IMG/VR virus record: IMGVR_UViG_3300042542_005523
Source of the DNA: a virus
Taxonomy: Duplodnaviria > Caudoviricetes
Reading direction: 5' to 3' (one strand)
Length of the DNA stretch: 64,000 nt
Part shown: piece after piece, positions 33,953-42,691 of the stretch
How the letters are laid out: each line of letters starts with the position of its first letter
Numbering within the stretch: position 1 is the first letter of the stretch
Program-made: the position numbers and the translations under genes
Notes under the pieces: generated by a model
What the model was told of the DNA's origin: nothing
The model's database searches: none
What the model saw: the letters and a program-made list of their open reading frames with translations, nothing else

Positions 33953-34028
33953 GGGGCCTGTGGTGTAATGGCTTGCATAACACACTGTCACTGTGTAGGT
34001 CGGGGTTCGAATCCCCCAGGTCCCGCCA
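33953..34028 (+). tRNA. tRNA-Asp(GTC), 8/4 type, encoded CCA
   Basis: GGGGCCTG/CAGGTCCC 8 bp; GGGG/CCCC T-stem; ACACA-CTGTCAC-TGTGT; G73 then CCA. Confidence 0.85.
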
Positions 34029-34030
34029 AT

Positions 34031-34118
34031 GGAAGATGATCCTAAACGGAGATAGGATCCGCCTGCTAAGCGAGATGTTCGGGTAAAACCGGATGAGGTT
34101 CGATCCCTCCGTCTTCCG
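34031..34118 (+). tRNA. tRNA-Ser(GCT), 8/4 type
   Basis: GGAAGATG/CGTCTTCC 8 bp; GAGG/CCTC T-stem; loop CTGCTAA; variable arm. Confidence 0.8.
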
Positions 34119-34123
34119 CAAAC

Positions 34124-34196
34124 TCCAGAGTAGCTCAATTGGTAGAGCCCTTGTTTTGTAAACAAGTGGTTGTCGGTTCGATTCCGTCCTCTGGAT
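34124..34196 (+). tRNA. tRNA-Thr(TGT)
   Basis: CTTGT-TTTGTAA-ACAAG. Confidence 0.92.
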
Positions 34197-34201
34197 CTAA
34201 T

Positions 34202-34274
34202 GACACCGTGTCTGAATGGTTTAGGTCCAGGTCTGCAAAACCTTGGTACGTGGGTTCGAATCCCTCCGGTGTCT
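34202..34274 (+). tRNA. tRNA-Cys(GCA)
   Basis: Loop CTGCAAA; acceptor GACACCG/CGGTGTC. Confidence 0.9.
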
Positions 34275-34280
34275 CTATAT

Positions 34281-34355
34281 GGTGTCTATAGTGTCAGCGG
34301 TATAGCACGACGGGTTGTGGTTCCGTTAGCACCAGTTCGAATCTGGTTAGACACA
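34281..34355 (+). tRNA. tRNA-His(GTG)
   Basis: ACGGG-TTGTGGT-TCCGT; G-1 encoded, discriminator A rather than the usual bacterial C. Confidence 0.88.
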
Positions 34356-34362
34356 CTAATAA

Positions 34363-34447
34363 GCCCCGGTGGCGAAACAGGCTATACGCACCAGACTTAA
34401 GATCTGGCGATCAGTGAATCGTGTGGGTTCGAATCCCACCCGGGGTA
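34363..34447 (+). tRNA. tRNA-Leu(TAA)
   Basis: CCAGA-CTTAAGA-TCTGG; variable arm. Confidence 0.93.
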
Positions 34448-34479
34448 CATAATTTTTTGTACTTTGATATATAGGTATT

Positions 34480-35079
34480 ATGATTGAAGGATACAAAAAA
34501 TACCAAAACGGATTTGTCAAAGACCCAGCTTCTTACTTGTTAAAAGAAGAAGAAAACGTTACTGCCAGCACAAGCCTGGTAACACCGAAAACTCTTAATG
34601 ATTTTTCGGAATCAATATCATCCTCCCTGAATGAGAGAATCGGTGACGAGTATGCTGCTCACTATTTCTATAGAAATGCTGCCAATTGGTGTAAAAATGT
34701 CAATTATAAAAATGCCACAGCATATTTTGAAGCTGAGGCTGCCAGCGAATTAGATCACGCTAAGGGATTACAAGACTACCTGACACAGTGGAACCTAATG
34801 CCTGCTATTCCTGCTGCTCCAACGCAGCATTCTTTTGAAAATCTAGCAGATATTATCAATAAGGCTTACGAGATAGAGTATGAGTTAATGCTTAAATACT
34901 CCGACAATCAAAAAGAGTTCTTAAATGATCACCCAGCAACTTTCAATTTTATTCAGAAATATGTTGATATACAGAATGAAGCTGTTGCTGAATACTCGGA
35001 TCTTTTAAATGCTCTTAATCTAGTGGACATCAACAATAGATTGGATGTCCTTTACTTCGAGAACAATTACTTCGGATAG
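34480..35079 (+). CDS. ftnA: Non-heme ferritin
   Basis: ERIGDEYAAHYFY...EAASELDHA...EIE...QNEA ferroxidase-centre pattern. Confidence 0.8.
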   Translation: MIEGYKKYQNGFVKDPASYLLKEEENVTASTSLVTPKTLNDFSESISSSLNERIGDEYAAHYFYRNAANWCKNVNYKNATAYFEAEAASELDHAKGLQDYLTQWNLMPAIPAAPTQHSFENLADIINKAYEIEYELMLKYSDNQKEFLNDHPATFNFIQKYVDIQNEAVAEYSDLLNALNLVDINNRLDVLYFENNYFG

Positions 35080-35093
35080 TAATTAGTTACCCG

Positions 35094-35513
35094 TTACAAT
35101 TCTTTAGAAAAGGTTAGACCCGCATATCCTCTCGAGAAATCGAAAGAGAAGTTCGTGTTTGGTATGTAAACTGATGCTCCTAAATATTTACTATTTCCAG
35201 TTTCATCCTGCCAATCGTCTACGTATATCTCAATTCCCTTGTTTGCCAATAAGTCTGAAGCTTTGGATATGAAATCTGGATCATCTGGCTTAAACTTTAT
35301 GATCTGCGATTTTATTGACGAGTCCATTGATATCTTAGGTACGTTCAGCAGAGATTTTTTAAAATCAGAATTCATCTTTAGATAGTCGACTTTACCAAAT
35401 TTTGGAGCCTCTATCTTAAAATTAGTTAGAGACATTTTTGGATCTGGTTTAACTGTGGTAGACTGCCCACCCTCATTTATAAAATCTTCGAAAAGTTTTA
35501 TGTTTTTCATCAC
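35094..35513 (-). CDS. Hypothetical protein with capsid-targeting-like N-terminus
   Basis: MKNIKLFEDFINE. Confidence 0.78.
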   Translation of the reverse strand: MMKNIKLFEDFINEGGQSTTVKPDPKMSLTNFKIEAPKFGKVDYLKMNSDFKKSLLNVPKISMDSSIKSQIIKFKPDDPDFISKASDLLANKGIEIYVDDWQDETGNSKYLGASVYIPNTNFSFDFSRGYAGLTFSKEL

Positions 35514-35612
35514 TGATTTTTTATTTTATATATCGAGAGAATCCCTTTGTAAATGAATAAATAAAGGAGGACCCGGATTTTTAAGGGTTCTTTTCAGTAT
35601 AATAAAAGAACT

Positions 35613-36122
35613 ATGGAAAATCGACTTGACGGTAACTGGAGAAGACTAACAGATTCACAAGAAATTGAATTGCTGTCTTATATTAAATCCTGGATGGACG
35701 AAAATCCAGGACACAAGATCTATATTGGATGTGACTCCCAAAACAAGGGCAGATCTACAACTTATGCAACTGTCATAGTTCTACACTATCCTAGCGGTGG
35801 TGGACACGTCTTGTACAAAAAAGAGAAAATCGAAAAGGTGTCATCCAGTTTCGAGAGGCTCTGGAAAGAAGTAGAGCTTAGTGTGGAAATTGCTAATCTT
35901 TTAATAGATTCAGGTCTAGGTAAACCCGATTGCATAGACGTCGATCTAAATCCAGATCCGAGATACAACTCAAATCAATTACTAAGAGCAGCTGTTGGTC
36001 TTATAGAATCCATGGGGATTCAGGCTAGATATAAATCGAAATCGCCATGGGCTATTAGTATAGCTGACACTATGTGTAAAAGTAAGACGGGTAAGAAACC
36101 AAGAAAAAAACCAGTTAGATAA
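35613..36122 (+). CDS. Ribonuclease H-like YkuK family protein
   Basis: IYIGCDSQ...TYATVIVLH...RLWKEVELS...IDVDLN...ADTMC. Confidence 0.85.
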   Translation: MENRLDGNWRRLTDSQEIELLSYIKSWMDENPGHKIYIGCDSQNKGRSTTYATVIVLHYPSGGGHVLYKKEKIEKVSSSFERLWKEVELSVEIANLLIDSGLGKPDCIDVDLNPDPRYNSNQLLRAAVGLIESMGIQARYKSKSPWAISIADTMCKSKTGKKPRKKPVR

Positions 36123-36415
36123 TGCCTTGCAAAGTAGTACATTTTAAAAAGGATCCATATGATGTTTATGTAGGAAGAGGATCTAAATGGGGAAATCCAT
36201 TTTCTCATAAGGACGGGACAACGGCCCAATTTAAAGTTTCAAGTAGACAGGAAGCTATAGAAAGCTACAGAACATGGATAAAAACTCAGCCACGTCTGAT
36301 GGAAAGCTTACATGAGCTAAAGGACAAAACACTGGGTTGCTGGTGTAAGCCACAGGGCTGTCACGGTGATGTTCTAAAAGAATTAGCCGACTCGTTGGGT
36401 CGTAATTTATTCTAG
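36122..36415 (+). CDS. DUF4326 family protein
   Basis: YDVYVGRGSKWGNPF...LGCWCKPQGCHGDVL. Confidence 0.88.
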   Translation: MPCKVVHFKKDPYDVYVGRGSKWGNPFSHKDGTTAQFKVSSRQEAIESYRTWIKTQPRLMESLHELKDKTLGCWCKPQGCHGDVLKELADSLGRNLF

Positions 36416-36465
36416 TTACGAAATGATAATTTCTAGCGATATATAGATAAAATCACTAGATTATA

Positions 36466-37224
36466 ATGGCATATAGAATTCTTTTTCGTAGAGACACAGC
36501 AGCTAACTGGGCGACTAATAACCCTGTTTTATCTGCAGGTGAACCTGGATTTACAACAGACACAAACATATTTAAAATAGGAGATGGCGTTACCGCTTGG
36601 TCTTCCCTTCAGGATATAAATCCTGCAGGAGTAACCGGTCCAACTGGTGATGTTAATTTCGATAATATAGCATCCGACGTTATTGCTTCTGCCGATGCTA
36701 CTTATAATCTAGGAACTCAAACCTATCAATGGAATAACCTTTACGTTGCGGGCAGCATGTATCTTGGGGATTCCACTGTTACAGTATCTGGTTCTGGAAC
36801 TAATTTTATATTAGCAGGTGGAACAGGAAATCAGATAACTGGAAATCTTGAAATATCTGGTAATCTTACCGTAAACGGGACTACTAATATTAGACCGTAT
36901 AAGGTATATTCCGCTCTGGTTTCTCAGACGTCCTCTCTAGATCCAACAGATTTAGTTTTAGAAAGCACTTTCAATAGCACATTAACTTGGAACAGAGATT
37001 ACACGGGTAGATACACAGTTTCTTCTTCTACGGAGTTTACGATGGATAAGGTATTTGTGATGTTCTCACAGAATGCTGCTCTAGCCACTTCAACGACACC
37101 TTGTCATTATAATTGGCAGTGGTACGATTCAAGCACGCTGTATGTTGAATCTTTAAATGTTACGGGGGCTACAGCGGATAACCTTTTCTCTGCTACTTCG
37201 GTTGAGATTCGAGTTTATAATTAA
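36466..37224 (+). CDS. Tail fibre/collar-type structural protein (Mtd/hyaluronidase N-terminal-like domain)
   Basis: RRDTAANWATNNPVLSAGEPGFTTDTNIFKIGDGVTAWSSL. Confidence 0.75.
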   Translation: MAYRILFRRDTAANWATNNPVLSAGEPGFTTDTNIFKIGDGVTAWSSLQDINPAGVTGPTGDVNFDNIASDVIASADATYNLGTQTYQWNNLYVAGSMYLGDSTVTVSGSGTNFILAGGTGNQITGNLEISGNLTVNGTTNIRPYKVYSALVSQTSSLDPTDLVLESTFNSTLTWNRDYTGRYTVSSSTEFTMDKVFVMFSQNAALATSTTPCHYNWQWYDSSTLYVESLNVTGATADNLFSATSVEIRVYN

Positions 37225-37260
37225 TTTCTCCGAAATTAACTTATTTGCTACGGAATTTTT

Positions 37261-39411
37261 ATGTATTATTGCGATAAGATTTTAATGGAGAAAGAATATA
37301 TGGAAAATTACGAGGAAGACTATGATCTAAACCTTTCGCCCTCTAACAAATACGGGGACGACGAAGACGATGACACACCAACAGGTGGTTTCAAATCATC
37401 GCAGAATAAATCATCAAAAACACCTGCACTAGACACCTATTCGAGGGATCTGACAGCTATGGCTGCTAGGGGTGAACTCGATCCTATTATAGGAAGAGAT
37501 CACGAGATCGAAAGGGTGTCCCAGATTCTATGTAGAAGAAAAAAGAACAATCCGGTTCTAATAGGAGAACCCGGTGTTGGTAAATCAGCAATTGCAGAAG
37601 GTATCGCCATCCGAATAGTTCAGAGAAAGGTTTCGAGGAATCTTCTTAATAAAAGGATCATTAGTCTGGACATTGCCTCGATTGTGGCCGGTACTAAATA
37701 CAGGGGTCAGTTTGAGGAAAGAATGAAGGCTATCATCGAGGAGCTAAGAGACGATCCTAGTGTGATCATCTTCATTGATGAAATCCACACTATGGTTGGA
37801 GCAGGTGGAGCATCCGGATCCCTTGACGCTTCGAATATGTTTAAGCCTCCTCTTGCTAGGGGTGAACTCCAATGCATAGGTGCCACAACCCTAAACGAAT
37901 ATAGACAGCATATTGAGAAGGATGGAGCTTTGGAAAGAAGATTCCAGAAAATCATCGTGGAAGCTCCAGATGCTGATACGACAATCAAGATCCTCAATAA
38001 CATCAAGTCTAAATACGAGGACCACCACAACGTTACTTACACAGAGGATGCTATTCTAAATTGTGTTAAGCTAACAGAGAGATACATCACCGATAGAAAT
38101 TTTCCAGATAAGGCACTAGATGCTTTAGACGAGGCAGGATCAAGAACACAGCTAACAGAAGTTAAAGTTCCTGATGCAATCAAGAACCTAGAGAAGAATC
38201 TTGATAATATTCACATTGATAAAAAAGACGCAGTCACTAAACAAGACTACGAAGCTGCTGCTAAATTCAGGGACTTAGAAAGAAAGATCAGAGTTAATTT
38301 GGAGCTGGAACAGAAAAACTGGGAGAGTAAACTTAAGGAAGATCGAAAAGTGGTTGATGGAGATAAGGTAGCCGAGGTAGTTTCGATGATGAGTGGGGTT
38401 CCTTTGAAAAAAGTAACACAGGAGGAGAATGAAAAACTTGCTAATCTTGGTCCGGATCTTAAATCTAAAGTGATAGGGCAGGATCCAGCTATCGAGAAAA
38501 TAGCAAAGGCTATTCTTCGTAATAGAATGGGACTAAAAGATCCTAATAAACCAATTGGCTCCTTTATATTCCTAGGTCCTACAGGGGTTGGAAAGACTCA
38601 ACTTGCCAAAGAATTGGCAAAACAATTATTCGGGGATGCCGATGCTTTAATTAGAGTCGATATGAGTGAGTATATGGAGAAGTTTAACTCAACTAAACTC
38701 ATTGGCGCACCTCCGGGCTATGTTGGTCACGAAGAAGGTGGGCAACTGACAGAAAAGGTTAGAAGAAAGCCATACTCGATAGTTCTTTTCGATGAGATTG
38801 AAAAAGCACACCCGGATATCTTTAATTCTTTGCTTCAAATTCTGGACGAAGGTTTAATAACCGACGGTCTCGGCAGAAAGATTAACTTCAAGAACACCTT
38901 GATTATTCTGACATCCAACGTGGGGCAGAGAAAACTAAATGAGTTTGGATCTAGCATTGGATTCTCTAAGGACAAGGCGGAGAAGGCAAAAATAGAAGGC
39001 GAGATCCTACTTAAGAAAGAGCTGGAAAAAACATTTTCTCCGGAGTTCTTAAACAGACTTGACGAGATCATCTACTTTGATCCGCTGGCTAAGGAAAACA
39101 TTATTAAGATCCTTGATGTCGAATTGGATATAATGAAACCTAGGTTTGAATCAATTGGTATTAAAATCAAGATAACTGACACATTAAAAGAGAAGATAGC
39201 TGAGGTTGGCTACGATCCTAAATTCGGTGCTAGACCACTAAAAAGAGTTCTTCAGAAATACGTAGAAGACACTGTTGCTGAAACAATGATCAATAATAAG
39301 ATCAATCCAGGCGATACCTTTACCCTTGACTTTGATCCTAAGAAGGAGGGAACGACTTCTACTCCGGTAAAAGTTAAAATAACCGCCAAAAAACAGAAAC
39401 CAACTGAGTAA
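37261..39411 (+). CDS. clpC: ClpC-like AAA+ chaperone lacking the Clp N-domain
   Basis: Two Walker A motifs (GEPGVGKS, GPTGVGKT), UVR-like middle domain, IGFS loop; acidic N-terminal extension; true start may be M9 or M14. Confidence 0.88.
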   Translation: MYYCDKILMEKEYMENYEEDYDLNLSPSNKYGDDEDDDTPTGGFKSSQNKSSKTPALDTYSRDLTAMAARGELDPIIGRDHEIERVSQILCRRKKNNPVLIGEPGVGKSAIAEGIAIRIVQRKVSRNLLNKRIISLDIASIVAGTKYRGQFEERMKAIIEELRDDPSVIIFIDEIHTMVGAGGASGSLDASNMFKPPLARGELQCIGATTLNEYRQHIEKDGALERRFQKIIVEAPDADTTIKILNNIKSKYEDHHNVTYTEDAILNCVKLTERYITDRNFPDKALDALDEAGSRTQLTEVKVPDAIKNLEKNLDNIHIDKKDAVTKQDYEAAAKFRDLERKIRVNLELEQKNWESKLKEDRKVVDGDKVAEVVSMMSGVPLKKVTQEENEKLANLGPDLKSKVIGQDPAIEKIAKAILRNRMGLKDPNKPIGSFIFLGPTGVGKTQLAKELAKQLFGDADALIRVDMSEYMEKFNSTKLIGAPPGYVGHEEGGQLTEKVRRKPYSIVLFDEIEKAHPDIFNSLLQILDEGLITDGLGRKINFKNTLIILTSNVGQRKLNEFGSSIGFSKDKAEKAKIEGEILLKKELEKTFSPEFLNRLDEIIYFDPLAKENIIKILDVELDIMKPRFESIGIKIKITDTLKEKIAEVGYDPKFGARPLKRVLQKYVEDTVAETMINNKINPGDTFTLDFDPKKEGTTSTPVKVKITAKKQKPTE

Positions 39412-39420
39412 ATATAGATT

Positions 39421-39618
39421 ATGATCAATATTAAACTAGAAGGTAAAATGTCAATAGAGCAAGCTCTAAAGAAGTACAAGATGAAATTCTCTAAGCACAA
39501 GGTAATTGAAGAACTAAGAGAAAGAACGCATTACGTAAAAGATAGTGTGAAGAGGAGGGATGAATTAAAAAGAGCCGAATATCGGGAAACAAAGAGAAGA
39601 GAAGAAAACGGAGAATAA
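39421..39618 (+). CDS. rpsU: Ribosomal protein bS21
   Basis: SIEQALKKYKMKF...VIEELRERTHYVKDSVKRR matches the bS21 pattern. Confidence 0.82.
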   Translation: MINIKLEGKMSIEQALKKYKMKFSKHKVIEELRERTHYVKDSVKRRDELKRAEYRETKRREENGE

Positions 39619-39620
39619 CG

Positions 39621-39647
39621 AAAAAGCCTGCTTAAGCAGGCTTTTTC
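39621..39647. terminator. Bidirectional intrinsic terminator
   Basis: AAAAAGCCTGC-TTAA-GCAGGCTTTTT between convergent genes. Confidence 0.88.
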
Positions 39648-39662
39648 TTTGGTGTAGTATTT

Positions 39663-40178
39663 TTATTCAGGGAGTACCTTCGACATAACTACCTTTAAGG
39701 TATATGGAGGATTGTTACCGTCGGTACCGGTTAATTTTCTTTTTCCCGTTTCATAAGGATATTTATCAGCAATAGCTTTGTTTTTGATCTTCTTCTTAAT
39801 TATTTCCCTATCATTTCCTGTTTCAGCATAAAGTTTTTCATTAGGTCCATCTGCTTGAGGGTCATCGGCTATAACAACTTCAGCTTCACCTATATTTCTA
39901 ACAGCTTTTAAAGCTTTATCTACAACACTATTCTTACCATCAGATGGCCAGTTAGCAGCAAAGGCAAGCATAGATGCAGCTTTTTTCTTAACGTCTTTCC
40001 TTGGAACAATCTTAGATCTTTCCAGTGCACTAACAAGATCATCCGCTAATTTTTTACCGCTTGAATATTTAGATGATATCTTGTCCTCATCCGGAACATT
40101 TAACAATTTGTGCATTAAACCCTTTTCTGCCTCGTCTATATTTTGGACAAAGTTTTCAAAAACCATTAAATTTTTCAT
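39663..40178 (-). CDS. Hypothetical protein with capsid-targeting-like N-terminus
   Basis: MKNLMVFENFVQNIDE. Confidence 0.78.
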   Translation of the reverse strand: MKNLMVFENFVQNIDEAEKGLMHKLLNVPDEDKISSKYSSGKKLADDLVSALERSKIVPRKDVKKKAASMLAFAANWPSDGKNSVVDKALKAVRNIGEAEVVIADDPQADGPNEKLYAETGNDREIIKKKIKNKAIADKYPYETGKRKLTGTDGNNPPYTLKVVMSKVLPE

Positions 40179-40218
40179 CTATAACCTTTTTAGTTATATA
40201 TTCTATAACAATAATAAA

Positions 40219-40410
40219 ATGGAAGCACTGAAAGAGAAAAGCCTAGAAAAAGAAATTGCTCACCTAAAAGCAGCTCTTGCTTTAGCAGTAGGTTCTTTAG
40301 AATCTATGAAATGGCTTGTAAACTCAAAAGAGGATAGTGAAGAAAAGATGGACCACATCAATTCTATTCTTGAAAGAGTTCTGACTGATATAGAAAAACT
40401 GGTAGATTAA
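40219..40410 (+). CDS. Small coiled-coil protein
   Basis: Start moved to MEALKEKSLEKE; 63 aa. Confidence 0.55.
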   Translation: MEALKEKSLEKEIAHLKAALALAVGSLESMKWLVNSKEDSEEKMDHINSILERVLTDIEKLVD

Positions 40411-41078
40411 AGTTTGACTGTTATCTTCCTGGTAATGTCACCGAGCTTAGATTCGCCGGTTTTCTCGTAGACAAGTGTAGAAAGACCGTCCTTTAATATC
40501 CTCTCAGGAGAGGACTTTATTAGAAATAGGTTAAGTTTGTCTAGATTTTTTTCGTATAATGGGGTTTCTATTAATCTCTCGTGTGGTAAAGAACGGTATC
40601 TCCCTGGTTTTCTGAAAGTCTCTATTTCCATAATATTGCAACGGGTTAATATATCATCATCCTCTGCTCCCCATCCCCAATATCCGTTAGCATATCCATT
40701 TATTTTTTCAAAAGATTCTTTATCGAACATTGTAACACCGCCGAAGTATCCCACGTATGGTAGCTTCCATCCGAATTGTTCGGCTTCTGTCGCCATATGA
40801 GTCGGTGCTTTGACCGATGAGTAATCCGAATTAACTGGAAGCATGTCGACATCATGGAAGCAGAAATAGTCGCAATCTTTAGATTCATTAAACCCAACAT
40901 TTAAAAGTTTACCTCTATTGAATGGCTTATCGTCTTCCTGCTCAACGATCAATATCCGGGTCTCGAATTCATTTTCATCTTTAGGAAGACTCTTCAGATA
41001 TTCTTCCATGAACGGTACAAATTGAGCTAGATGTTGTTCCCTGTTTCTATAAGGTACGACTATTGATAACTTCTTCAT
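40407..41078 (-). CDS. GT7 family beta-1,4-galactosyltransferase-like
   Basis: FNRGKLLNVGF, FCFHDVDMLP, YFGGV, NGYWGWGAEDDD. Confidence 0.9.
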   Translation of the reverse strand: MKKLSIVVPYRNREQHLAQFVPFMEEYLKSLPKDENEFETRILIVEQEDDKPFNRGKLLNVGFNESKDCDYFCFHDVDMLPVNSDYSSVKAPTHMATEAEQFGWKLPYVGYFGGVTMFDKESFEKINGYANGYWGWGAEDDDILTRCNIMEIETFRKPGRYRSLPHERLIETPLYEKNLDKLNLFLIKSSPERILKDGLSTLVYEKTGESKLGDITRKITVKL

Positions 41079-41145
41079 ATCTATAAATACTATCTAATGG
41101 CTCTTTTGTTTCGAAACACCAGTAAAAATTACAGTATAATGTATC

Positions 41146-41931
41146 ATGAAAGACAGCGATATAATTTTTATTACGCCGACCCTACATACTAAGTGGCTTG
41201 GCTATCAAAGTGAGATAATAAAAAATTTTTTCCCAGGAAGCACCCACATTATAGTGGACGGAAGACAAAATTGGCCGTATGCTTGGTTCTATTGGATGGA
41301 CGAGATAAAAAACATTCCCGGAAAATGGTTCGTACATATAGACGAGGATTGCTTTTTAGAAAGCAAGGAACAATTACTAAGACTAATTCAAAAAATGGAG
41401 GATGAAGACTATTCTTTATCCGCGGTTTCTGATGGATTTCACCACTACAGGGGCGCAAACGGGACGGCGATAAATTCATTTTTTATGGTGGGGAAAAAAG
41501 ATGATTTTTTAGAATCTGATTTTAATCATAGCGATATGGAATTTAACTTTGACGGTAGGGGCTGGAGGAATAATAAAAATATCAGTTTTGACCCAGCAAA
41601 GCATTTACACAGCTTCCCATATCCTCATGAAAAAATGGAAAATGGTGAAGACACAAGTTACGAACAGGAGCCATATTATTCATTACTTTGGAAATTGAGA
41701 GAGGAGGGTAAAAAATTCTATTACCTGTATCCCCAATTTGACGAAAGGTTCAAGTCAACAAACCCAAGGATAGATTCTAATTCCGGAGACATTGCTATAC
41801 ACATGTGGTATGCAAGGACTTGGGAAAGTCCGATGGACGTACACGGTATGCCTAATGTGGAAAGATACAGGAGGCTGGAAGAGTATCTCTTAAAAAATAA
41901 ATCAGTCAGTTCAAAAAATACTAATGACTAA
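41146..41931 (+). CDS. Putative GT-A glycosyltransferase
   Basis: FVHIDEDCF DxD-like motif; cluster context. Confidence 0.5.
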   Translation: MKDSDIIFITPTLHTKWLGYQSEIIKNFFPGSTHIIVDGRQNWPYAWFYWMDEIKNIPGKWFVHIDEDCFLESKEQLLRLIQKMEDEDYSLSAVSDGFHHYRGANGTAINSFFMVGKKDDFLESDFNHSDMEFNFDGRGWRNNKNISFDPAKHLHSFPYPHEKMENGEDTSYEQEPYYSLLWKLREEGKKFYYLYPQFDERFKSTNPRIDSNSGDIAIHMWYARTWESPMDVHGMPNVERYRRLEEYLLKNKSVSSKNTND

Positions 41932-42691
41932 TATGAAAAAAGAAATAACGTATTTAACCTCTTCCAATTACGGATATATTAGGTTTTGCATTTCATCTGT
42001 TAAGAATTTTCATAACATATTTGGAAAACAAAATAAGCTAATTGTCCAGTGCTTAGATGAAAAAACTTTTGATACTGTAGAGGAATTATTAAAAAGTTTG
42101 GGATCTAGTAATATATTCCTAGAGAAGGAATACGGAGGTCCCGCAGAATTTCAAAGTTTTTATAGTAATGGATTCATTCAGACCGTATATAAGAAATTTA
42201 TACTAGTGTATAACAAGCTAAAAGAAAATGAATTTGTTTATTTTTTTGATTCCGATGTGCATTTCTTCAGCGATCCAACTGACTACGTTTTAGGGATGTT
42301 AGAAAAAAACGATCTCGTATTTCAACAGGATGCGCCCTTAACGGACAACCACGAAATAGGGGAGACGTATGTGTGCTCTGGGAACTTCGCAGCAAAGTGT
42401 TCCCCTGAATCCTTGAAGTTTATGGAGACAGTTATATCAAAATTTGACGGTCTAAAAAACGATCAGGAGGTCGCTTATGAATATCTATATAGCTCCTGTC
42501 CTAATAACGATGTTAGAAATTATCCAAACGCAAAAATGGACATAATGGATCCTTATAAATATCAAAATGGATTCGATGCATTTAGATCCGGCTGGTATAA
42601 AAAACCTGATGTGGTGTGTGTTCATGCAAATCACATGGTTGGTATAGAAAATAAAATAAATGCTTTTAAGACATTGGGGGTTGATCTATGA
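41924..42691 (+). CDS. Nucleotide-diphospho-sugar transferase (GT77-like)
   Basis: YFFDSDVHFFSDP, NDQ, VHANHMVGIENK. Confidence 0.75.
   Translation: MTNMKKEITYLTSSNYGYIRFCISSVKNFHNIFGKQNKLIVQCLDEKTFDTVEELLKSLGSSNIFLEKEYGGPAEFQSFYSNGFIQTVYKKFILVYNKLKENEFVYFFDSDVHFFSDPTDYVLGMLEKNDLVFQQDAPLTDNHEIGETYVCSGNFAAKCSPESLKFMETVISKFDGLKNDQEVAYEYLYSSCPNNDVRNYPNAKMDIMDPYKYQNGFDAFRSGWYKKPDVVCVHANHMVGIENKINAFKTLGVDL

Noticed and set aside
31058-34400. ORF-track entries overlapping the tRNA arrays (for example 31058..31276, 31135..31377, 31456..31704, 33854..34165)
   Set aside because: They are shadow translations of tRNA genes.
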